Counted from the stretch's first letter, positions 44,792 through 59,743 are shown. The stretch is DNA of 64,000 nucleotides from Octopus vulgaris (GCA_951406725.2 OX597817.1:160084001-160148000), one strand, 5' to 3'. Made by a program: numbers and translations. The notes: generated by a model not told the origin, from the sequence alone.

Positions 44792-45389
44792 AATATATAT
44801 ATATGTATACATACACACACACATATATGTTTGAATTTATATGTACGCATGTATATATGTATATATTCATCTTCAAGTATATATATCTATATATATGTGT
44901 GTGCGGAAGCGCTTTTGTGTGGGTGTATTCAGGTTGATAAACTCGGACTATTACATCTAAATATCAGGGCATTTACTGAATGATACATTGAGTTTTGTAC
45001 ATTGAATTAGCAATGTTTACATTAAATAATAAATCATTTACTTTTGTAATTCATAATTAATGTATTTAATCTACGCAAAAACCTATTCCGCGTTAGTTCG
45101 TTACTTAAAGAGACATACATTATGTCTTCTGTGAGTACGTCTGCGCACACGCATGCGTACACACATTACATATATATATATATATATATATATATACAAA
45201 TTGAGATATCCAATTGAGATATATATCCAATATACTGCTAGTGAAGTACCCAACAAAGTTAATACATAAATGTTAAGAATTGCGATGCAATTAATTCATT
45301 TACTGTATTACATGGGCAAAGGTAAAATTATTTTTACCATAAATTAATAATACAAAATTTAGATGTATTTCTCCATTTTCTTATTTTGA

Positions 45390-45459
<70 letters not shown>

Positions 45460-45892
45460 GGATATATATACACACACACGTATGCGCATACACTCACTCG
45501 CTCATACACACATACACACACACACACACACTTTCTCACTCTCTCACACACACACACACATACATGATGCCAGTAAACATCGTGTCTACCAGCAAAAGAG
45601 GTAAACCTCTGTATCATTGAAATAGAGGAATATATTTAATATACAATACAAGCATGGTTCACTCCTATCCCGTACGTGGAGTTTCCCGACAGTACCGGAT
45701 ACGATTTTAGCGATTTCCGATCAGTAATAAAACGCATGTGCGACCGTTCATCATCTGAAACTCCGAGTACTGGATATGTGTATTCCATGCTTGTATTGTA
45801 TGTTATAATTGCTTTAAGATACATGGCGTATTTTATAAATATGCCTGTTCAACTATCATAATAGCATGAAACTAAATGTAGCTCTTTCATTT

Positions 45893-46296
45893 TACTCTTT
45901 TACTCTTTTACTTGTTTCAGTCATTTGACTGCGGCCATGCTGGAGCACCGCCTTTAGTCGAGCACTTATTCTTTGTAAGCCCAGTACTTATTCTATCGGT
46001 CTCTTTTGCCGAACCGCTAAGTTACGAGGACGTAAACACACCAGCATCGGTTGTCAAGCAATGCTAGGCGGACAAACACAGACACACAAACACATACATA
46101 TATATATATATATATACATATATACGACAGGCTTCTTTCAGTTTCCGTCTACCAAATCCACTCACAAGGCTTTGGTCGGCCCGGGGCTATAGCAGAAGAC
46201 ACTTGCCCAAGATGCCATGCAGTGGGACTGAACCCGGAACCCCGGAACCATGTGGTTGGTTAGCAAGCTACTTACCACACAGCCACTCCTGCGCCT
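45893..46296 (-). mobile_element. SINE family B
   Basis: Near-consensus copy. Confidence 0.9.
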
Positions 46297-46494
46297 ATTT
46301 GTGTATTTAATTCCTAAGATATATGGAGTTAGAGCCAGGAAAAGCTAAAAAAAAATGGCTTCTTACTATTGGGTTCAGTCTGGTGGCTTTTCATCAATAG
46401 AGGACCCAGCAGCAACGTAGTTCTAAGACATATATGAAACACTGATCACAACTTTTCCATCTCTACTCCATCAATATTCTTGGATACTCTCTCT

Positions 46495-46710
46495 TTACTC
46501 TCTTTTACCTGTTTCAGTCATTTGACTGCGGCCATGCTGAAGCATCACCTTTAATCGAGCAACTCGACCCCGGGACTTATTCTTTGTAAGTCCAGTACTT
46601 ATTCTATCGGTCTCTTTTTGCCGAACCGCTAAGTGACGGGGACATAAACACACCAGCATCGGTTGTCTAGCAATGCTAGGGGGACAAATACAGACACACA
46701 AACACACACG

Positions 46711-46746
<36 letters not shown>

Positions 46747-46904
46747 TACGACGGGCTTCTTTCAGTTTCCGTCTACCAAATCCACTCACAAGGCTTTGGT
46801 CAGCCCGAAGCTATAGTAGAAGACACTTGCCCAAGGTGCCACGCAGTGGGACTGAACCCGGAACCATGTGGTTGGTAAACAAGCTACTTACCACACAGCC
46901 ACTC
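46495..46904 (-). mobile_element. SINE family B
   Basis: Near-consensus copy. Confidence 0.9.
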
Positions 46905-48565
46905 AGATAATTGCGAGGAAATCTAAAAAAATACACCCCTAAATAAACTGCGCTAATAAATCGTTTCTATAGGTACAAAGCAGAAGGCCTGAAAATTTTT
47001 AGGAGTGTATTTGAGCCTTCACTGCTCAATGGAGGTCACGTTAATATTTTAGCAGACCAGTGACGGACGCTGAATGAACTTTCGCTTCACACTACATACA
47101 TACATGATGGCTGCCCCTTCGTTATCGAGTCTGGCCATTACACGAAGCTTAACTGTTACTGGTGACGTGATCGAATGTGACTTTTTAGCCCAGCTAAAGA
47201 TCTACAATGTCTTGTACAGAATTGGCAGCTAAAACCTTTACCGGTAATAGCCGGCTGTAGTTGTAACTGGGCTTCATGTATCTTTGCATGTCGTTACATA
47301 CATACATACATACACACATACATACACACACACATACATCATACATACATACATACATACAAACATACATACATACAAACAAACATACATACGTACGTAC
47401 GTACAAACATACAAACAAACATACATACGTACGTACATACATACATACATACGTACGTACGTACAAACATACAAACAAACATACATACGTAAGTACGTAC
47501 ATACATACATACGTACATACATACATACAAATATACATACATACATACATACATACATACATACATACATACATACACACATACGTACATACGTACATAG
47601 ATAGATAGATTGATAGATAGATAGATAGATAGATAGATACATACATACATACATACATACATACATACATACATACATACATACATACATACATAAGCAC
47701 ACACAAAAGCATGTAGCTTCGGGTTCACTTCCACTGCACGGCTCATAAGCTAAATGTCTTCTACTATAGGCCCGGGCCGACATGTATGTTTGTGTCTTCG
47801 TATTTGTGTTTCTCCCTCACCACCGCTTGACCACCGGCGTTGGTTTGTCTACGTCCCTGTAACTTAGCTTTTCAGCAAAAAATATTCTATTTGACAAAAC
47901 CGTTGAAAGTGGCGCTCCAGCATGGCCGCAGTCCAGTGGCGGAAGTAACTAAAATAAAAAAAAAACAAAAAAAAAAACATATGCTTGCCTTTTGTATACA
48001 AACTTCTAAAACAATGAAAGCGAGTGACATGTAATAACAACACGGTGACTCATCAGCTTGTAAGAGTGTATATAACATATACATACATAAATGATGATTG
48101 CTTAATCATGTTAAATGAAAACAGTTTCATTATTCATTGTTTAGTCAATCCCTGTTCACTTCTATACGCCCATGTGATCTAAGATGACTCTTGAACGACA
48201 AAATGAACAAGACATGGCGATGACACATCTGTACATCGTTGAATTGGCGTGACATACGCTTATACGACACGTACCTCACTCTCTGGGTATCCCTAGTTGA
48301 ATATCCAGTGACAAGCAAAACGAAAACGCTGATGTGTTTCAGCTGCAAATACCGTATCAGAGGGATCCTTTTTTTTTTTTTTTTTCTAGAATTGTTTAGT
48401 GAAAGGAGCCCACGTTTGATTTTGAAGTTGTCGTTCTCCAAGCGATGTTCACTGGGCGCCCAGTCAGAAACGTACGTATTTCGGCCTTGCACGAAATATT
48501 TGTACACATATATATATACATATATCATATCATATTATATCATATCATATCGTGTCATGTCATAT

Positions 48566-48648
<83 letters not shown>

Positions 48649-48724
48649 CCCCACTCTCTCTCTCTCTTTCTTTCTCTCTCTCCACACAAACACACACACA
48701 CACATACATACATACATACATACA

Positions 48725-48758
<34 letters not shown>

Positions 48759-48799
48759 CATACATATATACATACATATATACATACATATATACATAC

Positions 48800-48838
<39 letters not shown>

Positions 48839-48839
48839 T

Positions 48840-48870
<31 letters not shown>

Positions 48871-48876
48871 CATACA

Positions 48877-48910
<34 letters not shown>

Positions 48911-49000
48911 CATACATACATACATACATACATACATACATACATACATACATACATACATACATACATACATACATACATACATACATACATACGTACA

Positions 49001-49270
49001 TACATTGCATTTGCAATTCAGGAACAGGAAATCTCAACCAAATACCTGATGCACAAAAAGGACAGAGATGCAGGAAAGGCAGGAAAATGCGACAACTGAT
49101 GCAGACTTTGTGGAGTTAATACCGAAGATATCACCCGCATCAGAAGCAGCTGTCCGAAAACGTCATCACGTTATTATCTACCGAAGAGACTTAATGTAGC
49201 TAGGATACAGTAAAACGAGATCCGTCGAAAGGATAATCCCGAGGACAAAGAAATAAGAACCCACAATAGA
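49001..49270 (+). mobile_element. RLE-type (R4/Dong-like) non-LTR retrotransposon fragment, zinc-knuckle region
   Basis: FAIQEQEISTKYL...CDN*CRLCGVNTEDITRIRSSCPKTSSRYYLPKR matches the AxQEQ...CRxC-E-HI-C-Y-RH pattern upstream of RLE domains, with decay. Confidence 0.75.
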
Positions 49271-49326
49271 TAGATATCATACCATTTGATCTTTTGCTTT
49301 GTTTCTCTGTCTCTGTGTGTGTTTAT

Positions 49327-49361
<35 letters not shown>

Positions 49362-49560
49362 TATACTATACAATATAAATTTAGTCTCTGAACAGCCAAT
49401 GCATGTCTCTGGTAAGTTTCATGTTGTAGAACTTTCTAAGTACGAAAATGTAAAATAACGTTCATCGAACATGGCTCAGTCTTTTTAATGACTGTGATGA
49501 GTGAACTGCTAAGAGGACAAAACTGTTGTAACATAGCGTTTTACGTCAAATGTCGCCTAA

Positions 49561-50148
49561 TGGTACTTGTACATCAATATGAAGCAGCGTAAGGAATGGC
49601 TTAGCCCCAGTAAACAAGCGACACCGCGCGTGAAACAAGATCTTCATCCGCGTAAAACGATGTTGTGCGTATTGTGGGACTGGGAAGGGATTATCCATTA
49701 CGAATTGCTTGAACGGAACCAAACGGTCAATGGATAGAACGACTCAACACGGCTATTCAAGAGAAAAGACCTAATCGTCAGCATGAAGAGTTCTTCTGCT
49801 GCACGACAACGCCCGCCCTCATATCGCCAATATGACCGAGGAAGCCATTCAAACGCATGGCTGGGAAGTGCTGTTCACACCCGCCATACTCTCCTGATTT
49901 GGCACCAACGGATTTCCACCTTTTTCAATCTCTTTCAAATGCTATGCGCGGAGTTTCGTTGAATACTGATGCAGAATTGAGAGCTTGGCTGGATCAAATT
50001 TTCGAGTAACCAACGAGGTATTGAAAATCTTGTTGAACGTTGGGAAGAAGTTGTAAACAACAAGGGTGAATACATTATTGATTAATTAGTTGTTATTTTT
50101 TTATAAAACCTTTAAAAAAAATGTCGGTATCTTAGTTGCCAACCTAAT
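49561..50148 (+). mobile_element. Degenerate mariner transposase catalytic half plus right TIR
   Basis: LHPRKTMLCVLWDWEGIIHYELL, LLHDNARPH, HPPYSPDLAPTDFHLF, ERWEEVVNNKGEYIID*; ends TTGCCAACCTAAT. Confidence 0.92.
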
Positions 50149-50201
50149 TAATAGTTCATAGCGCGACTACAGGTGATGTGTGTTCCATGTGTTTATATGG
50201 G

Positions 50202-50578
50202 TGGAAGCACTCTGTCGGTTACGACGATGAGGGTTCTGGTTGATCCGATCAACGGAATAGCCTGCTCGTGAAATTAACGTGCAAGTGGCTGAGCACTCCA
50301 CAGACACGTGTACCCTTAACGTAGTTCTCGGGGAGATTCAGCGTGACACAGAGAGTGACAAGGCCGACCCTTTGAAATACAGGTACAACAGAAGCAGGAA
50401 GTAAGAGTGAGAGAAAGTTGTGGTGGAAGAGTACCGCAGGGATCACCACCATCCCTGCCGGAGCCTCGTGGAGCTTTAGGTGTTTTCGCTCAATAAACAC
50501 TCACAACGCCCGGTCTGAGAATCGAAACCGCGATCCTACGACCGCGAGTCCGCTGCCACTGGGCCATTGCGCCTCCAC
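50202..50578 (-). mobile_element. SINE family A
   Basis: Family A match. Confidence 0.9.
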
Positions 50579-50903
50579 TTATGGCTACTACAAGTAAAAA
50601 GAACTAAGATGGCGCTATTGATAAGCATCAAACGTAAACACCAATCCATATCGACGCGTGACAAAGTAAACCATTGAAAAAAATGAATCGTGATGCTTCT
50701 GTGTATAAGCTGTGTGATATTTAAGACATTAAACGTGTATAATTAGTAGGTGAGAAGTGTTTTGATGAATCATAATTATGTGACAACAAATGGTCCGGCA
50801 AAACTGTTAATCGCTCAACACTTTGGAAGCAAGGCTACTGGAAAATCGGTGGTGTACCTGTATTACTGATATAGTGTTCTGAAGTGAAAAACAATTGCTG
50901 CGA

Positions 50904-50943
<40 letters not shown>

Positions 50944-50968
50944 TGTGTGTGTGTGTGTGTATTAGTGG

Positions 50969-51350
50969 GTGGAGTCGCAATGGCCCAGTGGTTAGGGCAG
51001 CGGACTCGCGGTCGTAGGATCGCGGTTTCGATTCCCAGACCGGGCGTTGTGAGTGTTTATTGAGCGAAAACACCTAAAGCTTCACGATGCTCCGGCAGGG
51101 ATGGTGGTGATCCCTGCTGTACTCTTTCACCACAACTTTCTCTCACTCTTACTTCCTGTTTCTGTTGTAACTGTATTTCAAAGGGCCGGCCTTGTCACTC
51201 TCTGTGTCACGCTGAATATCCCCGAGAACTACGTAAAGGGTACACGTGTCTGTGGAGTGCTCAGCCACTTACACGTTAATTTCACGAGCAGGCTGTTCCG
51301 TTGGTCGGATCAACCGGATCCCTCATCGTCGTAACCGACGGAGTGCTTCC
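50969..51350 (+). mobile_element. SINE family A
   Basis: Family A match. Confidence 0.9.
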
Positions 51351-51368
51351 CACACTGTATGTGTGGGC

Positions 51369-51429
<61 letters not shown>

Positions 51430-51915
51430 TGTATGCATTATTTTTTGTTTCATCTGAGCAACATGTATGACTTTCCTGGGCTGTCGCGGGTTGCTAAGAT
51501 ATTTTGAGTTGTTCGTTTGAAATTTTGAAGACGATATCTGTGGAGAAAATCTTGAGAAGGCTGGTGTTCCGGACGACTGCACTTTTGAGCATCAAAATTA
51601 CATGAGGCGAATATGATGGGCTTGAATGGAAATTGCATGAAGCCTGCTAGTTCAAAGCAACAGAAGCTATCTACTAATATAATTGGCTGCAATGTCTCCA
51701 TGTTTTAGTATACCTGGCCGGCTTTCTGACATGCGCATAATAAAAGGCAATTATCTGATTTGGTACTTTCACCAACTATCTTTATATTACGCCGAAACTC
51801 CGACAGGTCTTTCAATTTGCTGAATTCTAAGTAGAAATATGCATCGTAAGTTTAACTGTCACCCTACAAACACACACACGGACACATATGTATATATATA
51901 TTATGTAGATGTGCA

Positions 51916-51982
<67 letters not shown>

Positions 51983-52064
51983 ATATATATATATATATAT
52001 AGATGTGCATATATATATGTATATATATATCAATAATATACATATATATTGTATATATATTACA

Positions 52065-52107
<43 letters not shown>

Positions 52108-52181
52108 ATGTATATATATATATGTGTGTACGTACATATATCTATAATATACATATTTATTGTATATATTATATAATATAT

Positions 52182-52239
<58 letters not shown>

Positions 52240-52529
52240 GTGTGTGTGTAGTTGCTTGTATATTTTATTATTTGTTAACTCCTAAAGAAGAAATTTTATC
52301 TTACCCAATTAATCCCTTTAGATAAAGTTTGCCGTTTGTCGCGTGTAATTCACTATAACATTGAACACGTAATAACCGTGGATTTTCCCCAGGTGCATAC
52401 TAGTTAGAGTTCAAGTAGAAGCCGAAAGAGGAGAAATATATAGGAAGGTTCACAATATATTTCGATACATTTAATTGCCACTATTTATGAGGAATCTAAC
52501 GTATCGAGCATTTGGTTGTGAGTGATGAC

Positions 52530-52570
<41 letters not shown>

Positions 52571-52673
52571 GGAGGAGGGAGGGAGGGAGAGGGTAGAGGA
52601 AGGATTTTATCAAGTATATGGGACAGAATAGATGATTCTGAAGCTAGAGTCTTACAATGTGGAAGGAAGAGGG

Positions 52674-52761
<88 letters not shown>

Positions 52762-52766
52762 CGATC

Positions 52767-52820
<54 letters not shown>

Positions 52821-52961
52821 CAGAGAGAGCGAGAGAGAGAGATAAATAGATAGATGGGTGAATGGACTGATGGATAGGTGGGTATCTATCTATCTAGCTA
52901 GCTAGATAAATAAATATTTAAGAACTACTTATCTAAGTATGTAGGTAGGTAGGAAGAAAGG

Positions 52962-53011
<50 letters not shown>

Positions 53012-53012
53012 T

Positions 53013-53060
<48 letters not shown>

Positions 53061-53549
53061 GTATGTTGGTAAGTAGTAGGTAGGTGGGTGGATGGTGGGT
53101 AGGTAGATAGATAGATAAATAGGTAGATCGATAGATAGATAACAGGACATTAGGTAAGAAAATATTAGAGAAAAATACACGCTTCATGAAATTTCACACC
53201 AAAATAGAAGATTCATTTTGGAAACCTTACTCATATCACAATATAATGCCAAAATTAACATGCAAACACACATATCAAAAGATCAGCACGTGGCTACTGA
53301 CATACAAAACATAATAATAAAAAACCTAACGGTCAAAATTTGATCGCAGCAAACAATCAACACGTGATTGCTGATGTATGATACTAACAGTAAAAGAAGC
53401 CATTTGTGGGAAAGCCTACATGAATTCAATCAGTAGGGGTAAGAAACCCTCATGAGAGCTTCAGAGGTTTTCAGAGAAGATACCCTTCCAGACAAATGTT
53501 TCGGCCTTTAACTTCTTACACTCTATGAATGCCTTATGACTCATGGGTG

Positions 53550-53934
53550 GGAAGCACTCCGTCGGTTACGACGATGAGGGTTCCGGTTGATCCGAATCAA
53601 CGGAACAGCCTGCTCGTGAAATTAACGTGTAAGTGGCTGAGCACTCCACAGACACGTGCACCCTTAAAGTAGTTCTCAGGGATATTCAGCGTGACACAGA
53701 GAGTGACAAGGCCGGCCCCTTGAAATACAGGCACAACAGAAACAGGAAGTAAGAGTGAGAGAAAGTTGTGGTGAAAGAGTACAGCAGGGATCACCACCAT
53801 CCCCTGCCGGAGCCTCGTGGAACTTTTAGGTGTTTTCGCTCAATAAACACTCACAACGCCCGGTCTGGGAATCGAAACCGCGATCCTATGACCGCGAGTC
53901 TGCTGCCCTAACCACCGGGCCATTGCGCCTCCAC
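53550..53934 (-). mobile_element. SINE family A with 12-bp TSD TGACTC(A/C)TGGGT
   Basis: Family A match with flanking direct repeat. Confidence 0.92.
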
Positions 53935-54876
53935 TGACTCCTGGGTACCCTTCTGCTGACACATTTTAGTCACTTGGTTATCAAAGACTTGTGTATTTAA
54001 ACTGCTTGGAGATTTCATGCAGTAGTAACTCCTCTCTGTTGACTCAGATTCCAAACTTACATTTAACTAGCTTAAAAGCCGCACTCCGTGCAGACTTTTA
54101 AGTTAGCTCCTGCAGAGTTCTAATTGGGCCTGCGTCCCCAAACTATAGAGAACTAGATAGCATGACTATAATACGTCTATAGTGACTATATACCCCGGTG
54201 GTGTTTGATCAGAGGTTAAGGACGGATGAGAATTAATTCTGTAATGCAATCATTCAAGTGTTCCAATCCCAAGTTGAATTCTGTTGGCCGATTTTTCCCA
54301 AAGTTCTTATTTCCACGTAGAATTAACGAAGCGAAAGTCATTCATCTCTCCCTTGATCTCTGACATCATGACAATCGGAAACCAAGATAACGTGAATCAG
54401 CTAAGCTTTACCTGCTTGAAATAGCAACCCAAATGCTTTCAAATGCTGGATGTTCAAGAACCAAATGAAGGGCAGATTTTCTATCCCGGGATCATCCCGA
54501 TTCCCAAAAGGGTTTAATATGTCTATGCAGGAACGAATGTTGACTGAGATACAGAGCTCCCAGACAGACAGAATTTCGCGCTTATTAATATAGAAGTAAC
54601 GTTGGTTGTCATGGTTGCGCTGAACTGTCAACGCTATCAAAATGGCAGTTTATCGTTCTGTCAGTATGTAACAAACATTACAAACGCCAAATATATTCCA
54701 ATTCACTTTTTGGAAACGAGACTGTGAAGATCTAGAAACGTAGGTTGTGGATTTAGGAACGTTATTGTGTCCAACCAGCTTCAAAAAGCTAATAAGAAAC
54801 TGTGATAAATCTAAAATAAAGATGGTAAAACTTGAACATAATCGTGTATTTAATGAAACATGCATATATGCATATC

Positions 54877-54908
<32 letters not shown>

Positions 54909-55291
54909 GGGGGGAATAAACACATCACACACATACATACGTGTTATGTATGCATCTATATAGTATCGAAACGAACCGAGACAAATCAGTAGCGTTCTGG
55001 ATTCTGCAATTATTTAGGCATTTTGCCTCTCACTACCACCCCTAATTGATCCCCAGTAAATTTCAGGCCTTAGTAGCGATGCTTTTATTGTCATTTAAGA
55101 TTATATTTTTCTTGGTTCTGTTTGCCATACTTTTTTGTTAAAAATTTTGTAAAAAAATAAACAAAATTGCTGGATGCATTCGCTGCTACCATTTTCATTG
55201 CTAGCACTTTCCTGCAACGACTCCACAAGAAGGCCATGTGGAGCCACTAATAACGAGAGCAAAATGATGCTTGTAAAAATATCTTTTTATC

Positions 55292-55690
55292 ATTCACTTG
55301 TTTCAGGCATTAGACTTCAGCCATGCTGGGGCACTGCCTTGAATTTTAGTCGAATGAATGACCACAGTACTAATATTTGCTTAAAGCCTGATGCTTATTT
55401 TATCAGTCTCTTTTGCCGAATCGCTAATTTACGGAGACGTAACCTCACCAACACCGGCTGTCAGTCTGTAAGTGGGGGACAAACACTGACACAAAGACAC
55501 ACACACATATATACATATATATATAAGACGGGCTTCTTTTAGTTTCCACCATCTAAACCCACCCACAAGACTTTGGTCGGTCCGAGGCTATAGTAGAAGT
55601 CATTTGTCCAAGGTGTCACGGAGTGGGACTGAACTCGGGACTGTGTGGTCGGGAAGCAAGCTACTTACCACACACCCACGCCCGCACCTA
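55292..55690 (-). mobile_element. SINE family B, diverged
   Basis: Family B motifs. Confidence 0.8.
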
Positions 55691-56379
55691 TGTGTATACT
55701 GTAGAAATTTCTAAGAGCCAACCTGCTCAGTTACCACAGCGCCTAAACCACTGACTGCATGATCCTCTGAGTGTCTGGTCATCAAAAAAATTGAGTAAAA
55801 TGAATCGAAATCATAATTCTAGAAATTTCTGATTCAAAGTCCCCTGCATGAACTCCAACAGTTCCTCTATTACGACATCCTTTCCATAGTGTTTCTATTA
55901 TTTCACCGCCTTTTAAAAATTACGAATTACTTTTTTCTTGTTCTCACCCAACCCTTTTTTTTTTTCATTTTCTGCCCAATTCCATTTCTTTTCCCGTTTC
56001 TCCTACCCTTCTTCTCCACTCAATTACATGTGTCACTATATTAATGATACCCTAATTAACCCAGTTTTGCTCGGTTGAACACCAATTGTCACAGACATTC
56101 AATTCAGTGACAACAGAATAGGTGAGACGGCGCCACTTTTCTAAAAGACAGCTGGTTAGGGATAAGCTCAAATGTTACGCAACGACGACGTTAGTTTGAT
56201 TTACTATCACTACTGACATCGAAGAGAGACGTGAACAGTTCGTGCCTTGATACCAGAAAAGCATTCAATTCTCAACGGTTCAATGAGGTTACTATGTCGT
56301 AGACGCTGCTTTAGTTTTAAGTTTGCTCTATTTAAGAATAAACTGTTATCACAGAAGTGCAGAGAACAGTTGCGTTGTT

Positions 56380-56750
56380 GGTTTCGAATTTTGGTCCAAA
56401 GCCGGAAATTTCGTCCATTACCCAACTGATACTTATTTTATCGACCACGAGAGCATGAAAGGCAACGTAGACTTCGGCGGAATTTGAACTCAGGACTTGA
56501 AGACGGATGAAATGCCGTTAAGCATTTCGCCCGGCGTACTCTCTCTTACTCTTTTACTTGTTTCAGTCATTTGACTGTGGCCACGCTGGAGCACCACCTT
56601 TAGTCGAGCAAATCGACCCTAGGACTTATTCTTTGTAAGCCTAGTACTTATTCTATCGGTCTCTTTTGCCGAACTGCTAAGCTACCGGGACGTAAATACA
56701 CCACCATCGGTTGTCAAGCAATGTTGGGGCAACAAACACATACACACAAG

Positions 56751-56803
<53 letters not shown>

Positions 56804-57234
56804 ATATATGTACATATATACGACGGGCTTCTTTCAGTTTCCGTTTACCAAATCCACTCACAAGGCTTTGGTCGGCCCGAGGTAATAGTAGAAGACACTT
56901 GCCCAAGGTGCCACACAGTGGGATTGAACCCGGAACTACGTGTTTGGTAAGCAAGCTACTTACTACGCAGCCACTCCTACGCCTAACGATTTTGCCACAT
57001 CTATTTCTTTATTGCCCACAGGGGCTAAACATAGAGGGGACAAACAAGGACAGACAAAGGGATTAAGTCAATTACATCGACCCCAGTGCGTAACTGGTAC
57101 TTATTTAATCGACCCCGAAAGGATGAAAGTCAAAGTCGACCTCGGCGGAATTTGAACTCAGAACGTAGCGGCAGACGAAATACGGCTACACATTTCGCCC
57201 GGCGTGCTAACGGTTCTGCCACATCGCTGCCTTA
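56380..57234 (-). mobile_element. Nest: SINE C2 (57001-57234) joined to an older SINE C that is interrupted by SINE B (56545-56984)
   Basis: The family C sequence resumes on each side of the family B copy. Confidence 0.8.
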
Positions 57235-58104
57235 AACTGTTGTACTGTTATCACGAGTTTATATTCTCAAATGGTTCCACGAAGGACAAGAGAGAACCAC
57301 ACCAGTATTGAGTCTCAAAGTAAAATCAGAATCGCCAATTGTTTCGTCTAGTTCTACTCTTGGAATTTGACTTGCATATGATCACAAAGTTCCTGCATGA
57401 TGGCACACATACGACATATATATTCTACATTAATCCTAGGTAGATTATCTTATCTGGTAACAAAGGATCCCACAATGGCCTTTTAGCTTTGAGGATTTAC
57501 TACGACATAGCTTGATAAAGTACAGCGCTATTACTGACGTAAAGAATCGTACTCTCATACAAAGATGCTTGCGTAGTGTTGTTCATTGTGCAAGGCGTTA
57601 AAGTATAGTGGTCTCACACAAGTAGCTTGTGTAATACCGCTCATTGGGCAAGACATTAATATCTTATTTCCCCAATGAGCCGAGAGTATCGTTAATAAGA
57701 TAAGGAATAAAAGCAAAATGAGAGTTAAGTGGAATTTTGCGCGTAAGTTTTGTCGGTTTAAAGTGGCAGTGAAGAGAAGAAAGTTAAATATTCCAGAGCC
57801 TCTAAATGTTTCTATGATTACTTCTTCATTCAGTCGGTGTAGAAGGAGACAGGGTCCTGAGAAGCTTTGTATAGATATCTATTGACAATATCGGTGTTGA
57901 GTATTATGCGATCTGAACGTTCGCTTACCAAGGTAGTGAAAATTCATATATGTATATGTGCTAGCTGGTGTACTCGGTAATTCCCGGGGTAAAGATGTTC
58001 TATTTAAACGCCTTATTACTCTGATAAAAAAAAAAAAATTTCGTTATAACTGCCGCAAAAGGTGTATTTTCCGTCGCGGAAAGTGCAAAAAAAAACTGTC
58101 AGCT

Positions 58105-58340
58105 GGAGGAGAGAGAAATCGTCGGAGGTCGATGAGAGAGGTTTTCGGAAGTTGGCGAGAAAGATTGTCGGAGCTCGGCGAGAGAGGTTGTCGGAGGTTG
58201 GTGAGAGAGACTGTCGGAGGTTGGCGAGAGAGATTGTTGAAAGCTGTTGAGAGAGATTGTCAGAGGTTGTCGAGAGAGATCGTTGAAAACTGTGGAGAGA
58301 GGTTGTCAGAGGTTGGCAAGAGAGATTGTCAGAGGGAGAG
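58105..58340. repeat. Degenerate ~22-bp minisatellite (GAGAGAGRTTGTCGGAGGTTGG-like)
   Basis: Direct inspection. Confidence 0.75.
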
Positions 58341-59337
58341 GCATATTTGTTCCAAAATTTCAGTCTTGCAGGGTTTCGTGATACACAATGTTTTTGATTT
58401 TGCTGTTGGGTGCATAGATTAATAAATTTTCTGGATTTCCAACTCTAGATCATCCGACATAGAGCTGTCCGTGAGAAAAAGTAGGATTGGGATACACTTA
58501 TTAAATACGATCTGGAATCAAAAATGTTTCTACTGTCATCGAAAAAGTTTAACTGGAAAAATGCAGAATTATCGGAGTTATGGGCATTCAAAGTATAATC
58601 AAATTTAATTGAAAACTGCATGCATGCATTTGGAGATGTTGAGAAATGTCTATAAATGCAATGTCTAAATTAATTGCAGCAATATGTATATAACTGTTTA
58701 GATATTGATGTAAAATAGACGAAGAATAATCGTTTGATTTGGTAAATATCAAATATAATGAATCGAAGACTTACTTGAGATTACCGTTGTCGCATTAGAG
58801 CAGCTCGTGAAGTAAAAGTACCGACTTGTACTCCTACTCGTCGTGGCATTTGAAAGGTTAACTTTATTAAGACTAATTTATTAAAGCTAATATATAATTG
58901 TAGTACATATAAGAGCAACAAAGTGTGCATGCATATAAATGTATGAATGAAGTCTTTAAGGTTTAAGATTCAAGTCAAGAAAGTGCAATAATAAGGTTTA
59001 GCTGTTCAAAACTGAGTAGTGAAATGCAGAATTAGGTCCGCTGATCGTGGGAATCAATTATTGATCGCTTCGCTAAGAACTGACGATTGTAAGTGCAAGT
59101 ACTATGGGTTATTTCCCTAGGGTGTTTAAATAAAATATATTAGCTATATCTAGTAGATATAAAGGATCCCTTCCAGGGGCCCTATTATCGATTTATTTCA
59201 GCAATCTAAGTATGTCACGAGTTTTCCAGACATGAGTTCTACTCACGTGTCAAGTTTCATCAAAATTGATAAAACGATGTGGGAGGCGTTAGCTAACAAT
59301 GCCACAAACAAGCACACACCGATTTTCCACATATGTA

Positions 59338-59398
<61 letters not shown>

Positions 59399-59423
59399 AT
59401 ATATGTATATATATATTATCGTG

Positions 59424-59743
59424 GCACTCCATCGGCTGCGACGATGAGGGTTCCCAGTTCGATCAACAGGAACAGCCTGCTCATGAAATTAACGTGCAAG
59501 TGGCTGAGCACTCCACAAACGCATGTACCCTTAATGTAGTTCTCAGGGATATTCAGCATGACACAGAGTGTGACAAGGGTGGACCTTTGAAATATAGGTA
59601 CAACAGAAACAGGAAGAGTGAGAGAAAGTTGTGGTGAAGGAGAACAGCAGGGTTCGCCACCACCCCCTGCCGGAGCCTCGTGGGGCTTTAGGTGTTTTCG
59701 TTCAATAAACACTCAAAACGCCCGGTCTGGGAATCGAAACCGC
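59424..59743 (-). mobile_element. SINE family A, 5'-truncated and diverged
   Basis: Family A match. Confidence 0.85.

Noticed and set aside
48050-48056. Minus-strand CUGAUGA
   Set aside because: No suitably placed GAAA or NUH with pairable stems
51450-51701. Overlapping short ORFs in unique sequence
   Set aside because: No consistent splice signals or recognisable domain
53483-53505. Minus-strand GGCC-GAAAC-AUUU-GUC half-motif
   Set aside because: No intact CUGANGA upstream
57958-58422. 154-aa R/E-rich ORF
   Set aside because: Arises from a degenerate purine-rich minisatellite
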